The position numbers were made by a program, and so were the translations under genes. A DNA stretch of 51,364 nt, taken from NCBI GenBank assembly GCA_035556015.1, contig DATMFU010000175.1, positions 1 to 51,364 of the forward strand, written 5' to 3'. Position 1 is the stretch's first letter, and every line of letters starts with the position of its first letter. The notes beneath the pieces were generated by a model. The model saw only the letters and a list, made by a program, of their open reading frames with translations, was not told where the DNA came from and ran no database searches. This DNA comes from Niallia sp. (GTDB taxonomy: Bacteria > Bacillota > Bacilli > Bacillales > Cytobacillaceae). Shown one piece after another: positions 28,986-39,171 of the stretch.

Positions 28986-30935
28986 TTAAATCTTAAATTG
29001 TTGCATTATACTCTGTAAATTATCTGCCATTTGTTTTAATGTATGAGCAGATGAACCCATTTCCTCCATAGTGGCATGAATTTCCTCCGTTGCAGCCGCT
29101 ACCTCTTCAGCAGAAGCAGCAGTTGTTTGTGCATGTGTTAATAAGGAAGAAGCTGTTGAAGAAGTTTGTTCAACAGAGGCAGCCATTTCCTGTGCAGTAG
29201 AGGTAACATGATTTACTTTAGGTGCAATATTTTGCAGTGAAATTAATATTTGTTGGAATTTATCAGCTGTCTCACTTGTCAGTTTTATTCCTTGTTGTAC
29301 ATCTGTTTTCGCGTGATTCATTAATGATACAGAACTTGCCGTGTCTTGTTGAATTCCTTTAATAATTACATTAATTTGTTCGGTTGAGCGTTGTGAGTTC
29401 TCTGCAAGCATACGAACTTCTTGTGCAACAACTGCAAAGCCTTTACCATGCTCTCCAGCACGTGCAGCTTCAATAGCAGCATTCAATGCTAATAGATTTG
29501 TTTGATTAGCAATACCATTAATTACATCGACGATGCTTCCAATTTCTTCGATATGTTTAGATAGAGTACGGATTGTTTCATCAGATTGTGTTACAGAGGT
29601 ATTAATAGAATTCATTTGCATAACAGTATTTTGAACGGCAGTGTTTCCTTCATTTACTGTATTAATAGCATCCGTTGATAAGGAAGTAACCTCTTGTGAG
29701 CGATTTGCAATTTCGATAATATTATTTGCTAAACTAGTTAACGATTGTGCATTTTCTTCATTACCTTTGAGCTGTTGGTCCGTACTAATTGCAACTTCTT
29801 GTACAGCAAGTGCTGATTGCTCTGTAGCCTCTATTGTTGAGCTTGTGCTTTCAGTTAAAGAACCAGCAGCCTTACGAACGCCTTCTGCATTATGCAACCC
29901 TTGTTGAATTAAGTGATGTAAGTTTTCACGCATTTTATTAAATACTTGCCCTAAGTGTCCAATCTCATCCTTTGATGTTACATTTACTGCTACTGTTAAG
30001 TCGCCTTCACTAATAAGAGTAGCTTTTGTTGACAATTCACGGAGTGGACGCATTAATGAACGAACAATAAAATAAGAAAAAATAGTCATCAAAATAAGGG
30101 CAATAAAAATAACGATTAAATCTTTTATTAAATTTTTATTTGCAATAGCCTGAGCTTCACTGTCGAAGGTTGTCCCAAGAACAGTCCATCCAGTTAATTT
30201 ATTTTTACTATAAAGAGTTTTTGTCTTACTATTAGTAATTACCCCACTATTCGCATTTATTTTTTTTATAATCGATACATCTGCAGCGGATCCAACTTCT
30301 ACATCGGGTGCTGCAATAAAGTTATTTGCGTTATCTAAAAGCATTGCATAACCCTTCTCACCTATAACAATAGAGTTTACGATTTCGGCTAATGTTTGAA
30401 TGGTCAAGTCAATACCTATTACTCCAGACTGGTCATTTAACTGTTGAGCAAGTGTTACTACAAGTTCTCCTGAATCTGATGAAATATAGGGATCTGTAAT
30501 AATAGCATCACCGTTTGCCTCAACAGCTTCTTTGTACCATGGGCGTTCCCGTGGATCATAACTTGCATCATACTCATGAAATGGTCTTTGTAACATTTCC
30601 CCTTTGGTTGTCCCAATATAGGCAATATCTACCTCAGGATGAAGGGAGACATATTCATCTAATAGAGAATTTACCTCTTCACTATTTGCTAGCACTTTTT
30701 GGGAAATAGTAGATGAAAAATATGAAAGTTGCTGAATCTTAGGCTCAATTGTCTCTGTAATATCTGAATTTAATGTCTCTAGATTACTTTCAGCACTTGA
30801 TGATTGATCTTCAAAAATTAAGTTTTTTGTATTGCTATAAGAGAATATCGAAACGGTTAAAGTCGGTATTAACAATACAATGGTAAAAGCAAAGATCAAT
30901 CTAGGTTTAATAGACCACTTAGTAAAAAAATTCAT
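28986..30935 (-). CDS. Methyl-accepting chemotaxis protein (dCache-HAMP-MCP)
   Basis: YDPRERPWY...ITDPY dCache motif, [41 protein letters not shown]; ATG 30935 follows AGGGGTG. Confidence 0.95.
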   Translation of the reverse strand: MNFFTKWSIKPRLIFAFTIVLLIPTLTVSIFSYSNTKNLIFEDQSSSAESNLETLNSDITETIEPKIQQLSYFSSTISQKVLANSEEVNSLLDEYVSLHPEVDIAYIGTTKGEMLQRPFHEYDASYDPRERPWYKEAVEANGDAIITDPYISSDSGELVVTLAQQLNDQSGVIGIDLTIQTLAEIVNSIVIGEKGYAMLLDNANNFIAAPDVEVGSAADVSIIKKINANSGVITNSKTKTLYSKNKLTGWTVLGTTFDSEAQAIANKNLIKDLIVIFIALILMTIFSYFIVRSLMRPLRELSTKATLISEGDLTVAVNVTSKDEIGHLGQVFNKMRENLHHLIQQGLHNAEGVRKAAGSLTESTSSTIEATEQSALAVQEVAISTDQQLKGNEENAQSLTSLANNIIEIANRSQEVTSLSTDAINTVNEGNTAVQNTVMQMNSINTSVTQSDETIRTLSKHIEEIGSIVDVINGIANQTNLLALNAAIEAARAGEHGKGFAVVAQEVRMLAENSQRSTEQINVIIKGIQQDTASSVSLMNHAKTDVQQGIKLTSETADKFQQILISLQNIAPKVNHVTSTAQEMAASVEQTSSTASSLLTHAQTTAASAEEVAAATEEIHATMEEMGSSAHTLKQMADNLQSIMQQFKI

Positions 30936-31282
30936 TTGTAAAGCACCCCTTATGTACATAGCATGTTAGTAATATGAAATGGTTCTATATAACCAATACT
31001 TAACGACTATTATATTTTAGTAATTAATTTATTACTACTATTCTGAAATATAAATTTTATAGATCGTAGAAAATAGGATAATAGACTCTAATTATTGCTA
31101 ATAATGAGTAATTATGAATATATTTGTAATTTCCTCTATCTGCGAGAGTATGCGTAACCGTATATTAAAAAAGTAAAAAATATACTTTTTTTAATAATGA
31201 TTGGTGTTTGGAATAGATAGAAGATTAATATATTGAATCATTAGAAGATAGACTGTTTTTAAATAATAGGAAAAATAAATGG

Positions 31283-31311
31283 TTGACACTATACTAATTT
31301 CCTGTGATAAT
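31283..31311 (+). promoter_or_regulatory. SigA promoter of the codBA leader
   Basis: TTGACA-N17-GATAAT. Confidence 0.75.
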
Positions 31312-31332
31312 AGCCTTAACTTAATACTGGTA

Positions 31333-31470
31333 CCTTTAATTCAGTCCCGTGAGGCTGACAAGGACAACGGAAACAATGATTAGTGCTTTGGTAGCTATAT
31401 TTATATGGTTTATCATGGCTTCATTGTGTAGAAAGCTTCTTGTCAGAAATGGCAAGAAGCTTTTTTTATT
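31333..31470 (+). promoter_or_regulatory. PyrR-binding attenuator
   Basis: CCTTTAATTCAGTCCCGTGAGGCTGACAAGG has the PyrR motifs CUUUAA and ARUCCNGNGAGGYU; terminator AAGCTTCTTGTCA/TGGCAAGAAGCTT plus T-run; CTGACAAGGA can pair with TTCTTGTCAG (antiterminator). Confidence 0.9.
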
Positions 31471-31536
31471 CCTTCATCTCCTAGAATAATCGAGGCTTTC
31501 CTCGGTACCAGTTTTCAAACAATAGGAGGAATTAGT

Positions 31537-32811
31537 ATGTCAACAGTAGACAAAGAATTTTCATTTCAGGCAGTACCTAAGACAAATAGAAAAGGGTTTT
31601 GGAACATCCTTGCAGTTATGCTCTCACTTAGCTTCTTCTCAGCAAGTATGATGTCTGGAGGAACATTAGGTACTGGATTAACTTTTGCTAAATTTATCTG
31701 GGTAGTATTAACAGGTAATCTTGTACTAGGACTTTATACAGGAGCATTGGCACATATTGCAGCAAAGACAGGCTTATCCACTCATTTATTAACGAAATAT
31801 TCTTTTGGTGAAAAAGGTTCCTATTTATCCTCATTTCTATTAGCCTTAACGCAAGTTGGTTGGTTTGGAGTTGGATTAGCAATGTTTGCAGTTCCTGTTG
31901 CAAAAGCAACTGGTGCTAATGTATATCTATTAATCGTGATTTTTGGTTTAGCCATGACGGCATCTGCTATTTTTGGAATGAAGAGCTTAGCAATCTTAGG
32001 ATTCGTGGCTGTTCCGGCGATTGCAATATTTGGTAGTTATTCTATGGTGGATGCTACGAATACAGCTGGTGGAATACAAGAATTATTTGCTTATGAGCCA
32101 AACCAGGCAATGGGTGTTGCTCTAGCCTTAACAATCTGTATTGGATCTTTTATTAGCGCAGGTACACTAACACCTGATTTTGCTCGTTTTGCAAAGACAT
32201 CTCGTTCTGCAGTGACTTCAAATATTATCGCTTTCTTCCTTGGAAATTCGCTTATGTTCTTGTTCGGGGCAGTTGGAGCAATGGTTTATAACAAAGCAGA
32301 TGTTTCAGATGTAATGTTCTTACAAGGATTAATGATTCCAGCAATTATTGTACTTGGATTAAATATTTGGACAACTAATGATAGTGCGTTATATGCTTCT
32401 GCATTAGGATTCTCTAATATTACAAAATTACCAAAACATAAAGTGGTGGTTATCAATGGAATAGTTGGAACAGTAGCAGCGATGTGGTTGTATAACAATT
32501 TCGTTAGCTTTTTAAATATTCTAGGTTCAACATTACCGTCAATTGGAGCAATCATTCTAGCAGACTATTTCATCTTAAAGCGTGGGAAATACCAAGCATA
32601 TGAAACAATGAAATTTAAAGCAGTTAATTGGATTGCAATAGTAGCATGGGTTGGTGGAGTTGTCATTGCAAAAGTAACACCTGGCATTTCCTCCATTAAT
32701 GCATTATTAGGCACAGCACTTCTCTATGTAGTAGTGACAAAATGTATGCCACAGCAAGCAGTATCATCAAGAACAATCACAGATAAGGGTGAATTACTCA
32801 ATGATTATTAA
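31537..32811 (+). CDS. codB: Cytosine permease (NCS1 family)
   Basis: GLSTHLL...[33 protein letters not shown]; upstream of codA. Confidence 0.93.
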   Translation: MSTVDKEFSFQAVPKTNRKGFWNILAVMLSLSFFSASMMSGGTLGTGLTFAKFIWVVLTGNLVLGLYTGALAHIAAKTGLSTHLLTKYSFGEKGSYLSSFLLALTQVGWFGVGLAMFAVPVAKATGANVYLLIVIFGLAMTASAIFGMKSLAILGFVAVPAIAIFGSYSMVDATNTAGGIQELFAYEPNQAMGVALALTICIGSFISAGTLTPDFARFAKTSRSAVTSNIIAFFLGNSLMFLFGAVGAMVYNKADVSDVMFLQGLMIPAIIVLGLNIWTTNDSALYASALGFSNITKLPKHKVVVINGIVGTVAAMWLYNNFVSFLNILGSTLPSIGAIILADYFILKRGKYQAYETMKFKAVNWIAIVAWVGGVVIAKVTPGISSINALLGTALLYVVVTKCMPQQAVSSRTITDKGELLNDY

Positions 32812-34069
32812 AAATGCAAAACTCAGAGGAAAAGATGGCCTATGGCATTTATTCATAGAAGATGGCAAGTTTAAGAAGATAGCACAAACACTTGAAAAAG
32901 AAGATGAAAATAAAGTCATAGATGTTAGTGGTGCTCTTGTGCTCCCACCTTTTATTGAACCACATATTCACTTAGATACGACCTTAACAGCAGGGGAACC
33001 AGAATGGAATAAGAGTGGTACACTGTTTGAAGGTATCCAAAGATGGGCTCAAAGAAAAGAATCATTAACAACAGAAGATGTTAAGACTAGAGCAAAAACA
33101 GCATTAAAATGGCAAATTGCCCAAGGTATTCAACATGTTCGTACACATGTAGATGTAACTGACCCAGATTTAACTGCACTTAAAGCATTACTTGAAGTAA
33201 AAGCAGAAATGGCATCTTATGTAGATATTCAACTAGTTGCATTTCCACAAGAGGGAATCCTTTCCTATCCTAATGGAGAAAAACTGCTAGAAGAAGCATT
33301 GAAAATGGGAGCAGATGTAGTAGGGGGTATTCCTCATTTTGAATTTACTCGAGAGTATGGAGTAGATTCCTTAAAAATTGCCTTTGACCTTGCTGAAAAG
33401 TATGATCGAATGGTAGATATTCACTGTGATGAAATAGATGATGAACAGTCTCGATTTGTAGAAGTCGTAGCAAATGAGGCTTACAAACGAGGATTAGGTA
33501 CTCGTACAACTGCTAGTCATACAACTGCAATGGGATCTTATAATGATGCATATACCTATAAATTATTCCGTCTATTAAAACTATCATCGATTAATTTTGT
33601 ATCCAATCCCCTTGTAAATATCCATCTTCAAGGAAGATTCGATACATATCCAAAAAGAAGAGGGTTAACACGAGTAAAAGAGTTACAAGAAGCAGGATTA
33701 AACATCTGTTTTGGTCACGATGATATATTCGATCCATGGTATCCGCTAGGAACAGGAAATATGCTACAAGTATTGCATATGGGAATCCATGCTTCCCAAT
33801 TAATGGGATATGATCAAATTGTTCAATCAATAGATTTAATTACGAATAATAGTGCTAAAACACTTCAAATTGAAGAAAAATATGGAATTGAAGAAGGAAA
33901 ACCGGCTAACTTCATTGTTCTATCTGCTGAAAATGAATATGAGGCAATTCGTAAGCAAGCAACAGTTAGATATTCCTTTAGAAATGGCAATATCATTGCG
34001 GAAACAAAACCGAGTGAAACATCCATCACTTTAGAGGGATTTGAAGAGAAAATCGACTTCAATAAATAA
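32801..34069 (+). CDS. codA: Cytosine deaminase
   Basis: EPHIHLD, RTHVD, AFPQEG, DIHCDE, SHTTAM, FGHDD; ATG 32801 follows AAGGGTG and overlaps the codB end. Confidence 0.95.
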   Translation: MIIKNAKLRGKDGLWHLFIEDGKFKKIAQTLEKEDENKVIDVSGALVLPPFIEPHIHLDTTLTAGEPEWNKSGTLFEGIQRWAQRKESLTTEDVKTRAKTALKWQIAQGIQHVRTHVDVTDPDLTALKALLEVKAEMASYVDIQLVAFPQEGILSYPNGEKLLEEALKMGADVVGGIPHFEFTREYGVDSLKIAFDLAEKYDRMVDIHCDEIDDEQSRFVEVVANEAYKRGLGTRTTASHTTAMGSYNDAYTYKLFRLLKLSSINFVSNPLVNIHLQGRFDTYPKRRGLTRVKELQEAGLNICFGHDDIFDPWYPLGTGNMLQVLHMGIHASQLMGYDQIVQSIDLITNNSAKTLQIEEKYGIEEGKPANFIVLSAENEYEAIRKQATVRYSFRNGNIIAETKPSETSITLEGFEEKIDFNK

Positions 34070-34078
34070 GAGATAAGT

Positions 34079-34109
34079 AGGCACAACTGAAATTCAGTTG
34101 TGCCTTTTT
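34079..34109 (+). terminator. Intrinsic terminator
   Basis: AGGCACAACTGAA-A-TTCAGTTGTGCCT followed by TTTT. Confidence 0.88.
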
Positions 34110-34157
34110 ATATGTAAGTTTCTAGAAGTGTATATAGATATTTGAGGTTAAATGAAA

Positions 34158-34186
34158 GACATAGGTCATTTTTGGTGACCTATGTC
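34158..34186. promoter_or_regulatory. Putative RpiR operator (11-7-11 inverted repeat)
   Basis: GACATAGGTCA-TTTTTGG-TGACCTATGTC directly upstream of an extended -10 TGATAAAAT (34188-34196). Confidence 0.6.
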
Positions 34187-34199
34187 ATGATAAAATAAT

Positions 34200-34213
34200 T
34201 AAAAGCGCTTTCT
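34200..34213. promoter_or_regulatory. cre-like (CcpA) site
   Basis: TAAAAGCGCTTTCT near the predicted transcription start. Confidence 0.55.
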
Positions 34214-34268
34214 TATATGTTTCCTACTTGTTACTATTTAATTATTAAAAGGACAGGGGAGGTATACG

Positions 34269-35855
34269 ATGAGTAAAAGAAAGATTAGTGACTCTATTCA
34301 AAGATTTGGTCGAACTCTTCTCCTCCCGATTGGCGTCTTAGCACCAATTGGGATGATTTTAGGTATAAGTGGCGCACTAGTACAATCCTATATGATTGAA
34401 AGATTTCCCTTTCTCGGAATAAAGGAGGTTAATACTGCCTTAATAAGCATACGAACAATTGCAAGTATAATTTTTGATAATATACCATTATTATTCGCAA
34501 TGGGCGTAGCCTATGGTATGAGCAAAAAGGATAAAGGGATATCCGTATTTGCTGCAACAACAGGATACTTAACATTAATTGTAGCGATGAATGTCTGGTT
34601 GACAGTAACAGGTAATATGGCAGATCCAGAGGTTATGACTCAGTTCGGACAAATTAATGTATTAGGGATACAAACAATGAATATCAGTGCTGCAGGTGGG
34701 ATTATTACTGGTTTAGTGGCCGCCTGGGCTACAGACAGATACATAAATTTAGAACTTCCTACTGCATTTGCTTTCTTTTCTGGCAAAAAATCAGTCCCAA
34801 TTATTACGATAGGAATTATGTTAGTGATTGGACTTGTTCTACCATTTGTTTGGTCATTTTTAGTAGAAGTATTAATGAAACTGTCCGTAATCATTTTAAG
34901 CTTTGCGGGACCTTTCTTTACCGCTGCTGGAGAAAGATTATTTATCCCATTTGGACTACATCATGTTTGGAATGCTTTATTTAGATTCACAGAAGCTGGT
35001 GGATCTTACGTAATTAATGGTGAGACATTTGTTGGAGTAGTTCCAGCCTTAACGGAGGTTCTATTTAATCAAGGTCCTGATAGCCAGTATTGGACAATGA
35101 TGCCCGAGCTAACAAGATTTATGGCACAACAACAAATGTTGGTAACACTGTTTTTATTCCCTGCCATTGCATTTGCGATGTATAAAGCAGCACATAAAGA
35201 GAATAAACCTTTTGTAAAATCCATGCTTATTACAATGGTATTAACAGCGATGTTGGGGAACGTAACAGAACCATTGGAATTTACTTTCGTGTTTATCGCT
35301 CCATTATTATATGTTTTATATGCTTGTATTGTTGGTTTGGGAGCAGTACTTTTATCTTTTGCAGGAGTTGGAATTGGATATATAAGAGGTACCATTTTTG
35401 ATTTTGCTATTTTTGGTCTTTTATATGAAAGGACTAATTGGATTTACCTTGTACTTATTGGATTAAGTTTAGCAATTGCAACTTACTTTATTTTCTACTG
35501 GGTAATTATGAAATTTGATTTAAAAACACCTGGTCGTGAAGAAGAGCAGAACCTTAATAATACATTAATTAAGGAAAAACGCTATACAGAGATTGCCGAT
35601 ATTGTCGTTAAAGCATTAGGTGGTCAAGCAAATATTGTGAATGTGGATAACTGCATTACACGTTTACGAATTGACTTATCGGAAGTCAAAAATATTGATA
35701 AAGAATTATTAAAAGAATCGGGTTGTACAGGATTTTTCTTTCCAACTGCTAAGCATATTCATGTCGTCTTTGGACCACAAGTTGAATTTGTTAGAAATGC
35801 AGTGGATGAAAGATTGAAAGGAAACTGGAGGGATAATAATGAGAGCGCTTTATGA
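34269..35855 (+). CDS. PTS glucose/maltose-family EIICB component
   Basis: QRFGRTLLLPI, ERLFIPFGLHH, GNVTEPLEF, linker KTPGRE, EIIB DNCITRLR. Confidence 0.93.
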   Translation: MSKRKISDSIQRFGRTLLLPIGVLAPIGMILGISGALVQSYMIERFPFLGIKEVNTALISIRTIASIIFDNIPLLFAMGVAYGMSKKDKGISVFAATTGYLTLIVAMNVWLTVTGNMADPEVMTQFGQINVLGIQTMNISAAGGIITGLVAAWATDRYINLELPTAFAFFSGKKSVPIITIGIMLVIGLVLPFVWSFLVEVLMKLSVIILSFAGPFFTAAGERLFIPFGLHHVWNALFRFTEAGGSYVINGETFVGVVPALTEVLFNQGPDSQYWTMMPELTRFMAQQQMLVTLFLFPAIAFAMYKAAHKENKPFVKSMLITMVLTAMLGNVTEPLEFTFVFIAPLLYVLYACIVGLGAVLLSFAGVGIGYIRGTIFDFAIFGLLYERTNWIYLVLIGLSLAIATYFIFYWVIMKFDLKTPGREEEQNLNNTLIKEKRYTEIADIVVKALGGQANIVNVDNCITRLRIDLSEVKNIDKELLKESGCTGFFFPTAKHIHVVFGPQVEFVRNAVDERLKGNWRDNNESAL

Positions 35856-37209
35856 TTCAAAAAGTAAAACAATAGATGATCAAGGGATAAAACAACTTTT
35901 TTCCGAGGAAGAAAAATATAATGCGTGGTTATTATTTGAAGCAGCACTAGCTCAAGCACAGGCTGAAAATGGTTTTATTCCTGCTGAAGCGGCGAGTGAT
36001 ATTAAAGAAGCTGCACAAATAAAAAATATAGATTTTGAAGAAATGGACCGTATTTATAAAGAAATTGGTCATGGATTTGTACCTTTCTTGAAAGTATTGG
36101 TAAAGGCTTGTCCTGAGGAAAGTGGAAAATATGTACATTATGGAATTACTACCCAAAACATTCAACAGAGCTCTCAACTTTACATCATGAAAAAGGTACA
36201 TTCAAAATTCATGAATATACTTGCACAGATATTAAATAATTTAAGCAAACTCGCAATAGAAAATAAGGATACAGTGATGCCTGGTCGTACTCATGGTCGT
36301 CATGCCATTCCTATCACATATGGTTATAAGGTTTCTGTTTGGATTAGTGACTTTATCAATGCTTATGAGCGAATGGCAGAAGCAGAAAAAAGAGTATTTC
36401 AAATAATGATGGGGGGAGCTGTTGGTACATTTAGTTCTATGCCTGAAGTAGGGATAGAAGTACAAAAACGTGTGGCAGAACTTGTAGGTATGTACCCAAT
36501 GCAAGTCCCATCAAGAAATGTTAGTACACATAAGCTTGAGTATATGATGAACTTATGCTTACTTGCTAATATTTGTCATAAAATAGGAGAAGAAGTGTAT
36601 AGTACCACATTAGAAGAAATTGCAGAGGTATCAGAAGGATTTAGTAAAGGAACAGTGGGAAGTAGTACAATGCCACATAAAATAAATCCTAAGTTAGCAA
36701 AAGGAATTATTGCTAATTCACAAAAGCTTTACTCTCTACCAGGGGTCGGAATGTATTCTGCTGTACGACCTTATGAAGGAGATAGCAGCTCCTATATGTT
36801 ATTTGATGGAATTCTTGAAGAAGCATTAGAACTTACAACAGAGATTCTATTACGTTGTGAAGAGTTGACAAGGACGATGGTTGTTCATAAAGATAAGATG
36901 CTTCAAAATGTAATGATTAATAAAGGCCTAGATAATAGCGAATACGTTATGATGAAGTTATCTAAAAAGCTAGGGAAAGATCAAGCTCATAGTATCATGT
37001 ATCAAATTGCCATGAAGACAGCTGCTGAGGGTGAAGACTTCTATACAAATCTTAAAGCAAATGAATTAATTTCTAGTGAATTTACAAATGAAGAAATAAA
37101 AGAAATGATTGATCCTAGGAATTATACAGGTCTTTCTACTATTATTGCAGAAACAGAGGCTTCGAAAGCAAAGGAAGTTGCTGAAAGAATAACAAAAGAA
37201 TATTTATAA
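35839..37209 (+). CDS. Adenylosuccinate-lyase-like enzyme (fumarase/aspartase superfamily), probably not housekeeping PurB
   Basis: HYGITTQNI, GRTHGRHAIPITYG, signature GSSTMPHKINP; overlaps the PTS gene end. Confidence 0.9.
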   Translation: MRALYDSKSKTIDDQGIKQLFSEEEKYNAWLLFEAALAQAQAENGFIPAEAASDIKEAAQIKNIDFEEMDRIYKEIGHGFVPFLKVLVKACPEESGKYVHYGITTQNIQQSSQLYIMKKVHSKFMNILAQILNNLSKLAIENKDTVMPGRTHGRHAIPITYGYKVSVWISDFINAYERMAEAEKRVFQIMMGGAVGTFSSMPEVGIEVQKRVAELVGMYPMQVPSRNVSTHKLEYMMNLCLLANICHKIGEEVYSTTLEEIAEVSEGFSKGTVGSSTMPHKINPKLAKGIIANSQKLYSLPGVGMYSAVRPYEGDSSSYMLFDGILEEALELTTEILLRCEELTRTMVVHKDKMLQNVMINKGLDNSEYVMMKLSKKLGKDQAHSIMYQIAMKTAAEGEDFYTNLKANELISSEFTNEEIKEMIDPRNYTGLSTIIAETEASKAKEVAERITKEYL

Positions 37210-37224
37210 TAGAATTATCCGTTT

Positions 37225-37261
37225 AGAAAAAACCTTTCAACTAGTTTGAAAGGTTTTTTCT
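37225..37261 (+). terminator. Intrinsic terminator
   Basis: AGAAAAAACCTTTCAA-CTAGT-TTGAAAGGTTTTTTCT. Confidence 0.8.
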
Positions 37262-37336
37262 GATGTTTAATCCATTTTCATCATGGTATACTAAACAATA
37301 AGTTTAAACTAATGCCATAATATGAGGGATTATAGG

Positions 37337-38086
37337 ATGAATTTTTTAGAAAACTATAACGAAATGACCGTTAGTGAAAGAAAAGTTTTGAATTATATTT
37401 TAAATAATAAAGAGACCATACCATATTTAAAAATAAATGAACTGGCTGATGCGACATTTGTATCTAAAACAGTCATTATAAACTTGGCCCAAAAGTTAGG
37501 GTTTAGTGGTTATAAAGAACTTAAATATCATTTAAATTCGATTGTAAAAGAGGAAAAAAATCAATATAATCAAGAATTACCCTTTGTTGACATGTTGAAA
37601 GATAGTGTCAATAAAACTTTTTCACTGGTTAGTGAAAAAGTTTTAGAAAGTTGTGCTGACAAAATTCTTTTAGCTAATAATGTATTTATTATGGCTAGAG
37701 GGACAAGCAAAGTAGTAGGTAGTTACCTAGAGCATTTATTACTATCAATTGGAATTCAATGTATTTTTATTAAAGACTATAATCTATCAGAAACATTTAC
37801 AAGCTTTGTAAAAGAAGATGATGTAGTTATTTTTATTTCACTATCTGGAAATACAGAAAAAGTGGTGGAGACTGCCAAGCAGGTCCATTTAAAAAAGGCA
37901 GGTATAATAAATCTAACTTCATTTCAGTCTAATACATTAGCAAGTTATTCAACTGATAATTTATATGTTTATACGCATACTTCTGATACAAAGAAAAATG
38001 ATAAAATTCCAAGAGTTGGATTTTTTATTATTATTGACTTACTTATTCATCATTTATCCCAAAAGAAAATGTCCCAAAAGATATAA
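37337..38086 (+). CDS. MurR/RpiR-family regulator (HTH + SIS)
   Basis: INELADATFVSKTVIINLAQKLGFSGYKELK; SIS motif FISLSGNT; ATG 37337 follows GAGGGA (ORF track starts at 37322). Confidence 0.92.
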   Translation: MNFLENYNEMTVSERKVLNYILNNKETIPYLKINELADATFVSKTVIINLAQKLGFSGYKELKYHLNSIVKEEKNQYNQELPFVDMLKDSVNKTFSLVSEKVLESCADKILLANNVFIMARGTSKVVGSYLEHLLLSIGIQCIFIKDYNLSETFTSFVKEDDVVIFISLSGNTEKVVETAKQVHLKKAGIINLTSFQSNTLASYSTDNLYVYTHTSDTKKNDKIPRVGFFIIIDLLIHHLSQKKMSQKI

Positions 38087-38096
38087 CATTATAAAA

Positions 38097-38927
38097 CTAT
38101 ATTAATTTACGTAGAGCATGTGCTACACCATTTTCAGAATTGGACAATGTGACAAAGTCACATATTTTTTTTACCTCATTGTCTGCATTGTCCATTGCAA
38201 TAGCATATCCAGCACATTGCAACATAGGTAAATCATTAAAGTTATCTCCAATAGCCACAGTATTTTCTATAGGAATACGATAATATTCTGCCATTTTTCT
38301 TAGCCCAATGCCTTTATGACCATCTTTATGCATAATTTCAACATTTAATGCATTTGAAGAAGTTAGTGTTATATTAGAGTGACTTTTTAATAGAGATAGA
38401 AGTTTTTCTTTTACTTGGGGAGTGAAGGTAAGAATAAACAATTTATTAATTTCTATACGATGATCAACTAATAAACTTTGATAGTTAGAAAAGGTATTTA
38501 CCCCAACAGAATTTTGTGGTTTTTCAGTAAATCGATTTAACTCTTGATTTGTTATACCTTCCATGTTTTTCTTTATTTTATCTAACCAATCTGATGGGTA
38601 ATAGATACCCTTATTGGTATAAAAACAGTAAGGAAGATTCAAATCATCTAGTATTTGTGCGATAGAAGTTACATCGTGTTTATCCATGGTGATATTATTT
38701 ATTATTTTATTATCAACCTCTACAATAGTCCCATTACTCCCTACAACTGGACATACTAAATTGTATTTATTAAGTAAGGCTTTAATATCTTCAGGGGCTC
38801 TTCCGGAGCAAATCATCACGATATTTCCACTATTTTGTAACTCATGGATAGCATTAATGTTTTCTTGGGAAATAGTTTTATCAGGAGACATTAATGTACC
38901 ATCTAAGTCTAGTGCAATAAGCTTCAA
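38097..38927 (-). CDS. Cof-type HAD-IIB phosphatase
   Basis: LDLDGTL, CSGR, HKGIGL, IGDNFNDLPML, AMDNA. Confidence 0.93.
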   Translation of the reverse strand: MKLIALDLDGTLMSPDKTISQENINAIHELQNSGNIVMICSGRAPEDIKALLNKYNLVCPVVGSNGTIVEVDNKIINNITMDKHDVTSIAQILDDLNLPYCFYTNKGIYYPSDWLDKIKKNMEGITNQELNRFTEKPQNSVGVNTFSNYQSLLVDHRIEINKLFILTFTPQVKEKLLSLLKSHSNITLTSSNALNVEIMHKDGHKGIGLRKMAEYYRIPIENTVAIGDNFNDLPMLQCAGYAIAMDNADNEVKKICDFVTLSNSENGVAHALRKLI

Positions 38928-39075
38928 CTGTTTAACCCACTTTCTATTTTTAGTATCTCTTATTTAGCAGATACATTTTTATTTAAAAGGTAGAATAGAT
39001 TAGTAAACGCAAAAAATGAATATACGGTGTGAATTTTAATAAGGAAAGAAGTAATAGTTTCTTACTACAAGTTTG

Positions 39076-39107
39076 TAATAAGAGCTATTTTAAAATAGCT
39101 CTTATTA
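39076..39107. terminator. Perfect 32-bp palindrome, probable MFS terminator
   Basis: TAATAAGAGCTATTTT|AAAATAGCTCTTATTA with no spacer. Confidence 0.55.
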
Positions 39108-39171
39108 GTACTATATTTTCATATATCAAGTTAGAAATCTAGTAATATTACTTAAGATGCCCAACTCTTTT

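Noticed and set aside
31163-31196. Inverted repeat TATTAAAAAAGTA...TACTTTTTTTAATA
   Set aside because: Almost purely A/T in an AT-rich spacer; no function can be supported.
35839-37209. Calling the lyase purB
   Set aside because: No pur-operon context; the N-terminus is unlike Bacillus PurB; it is coupled to a PTS gene under a cre-like site.
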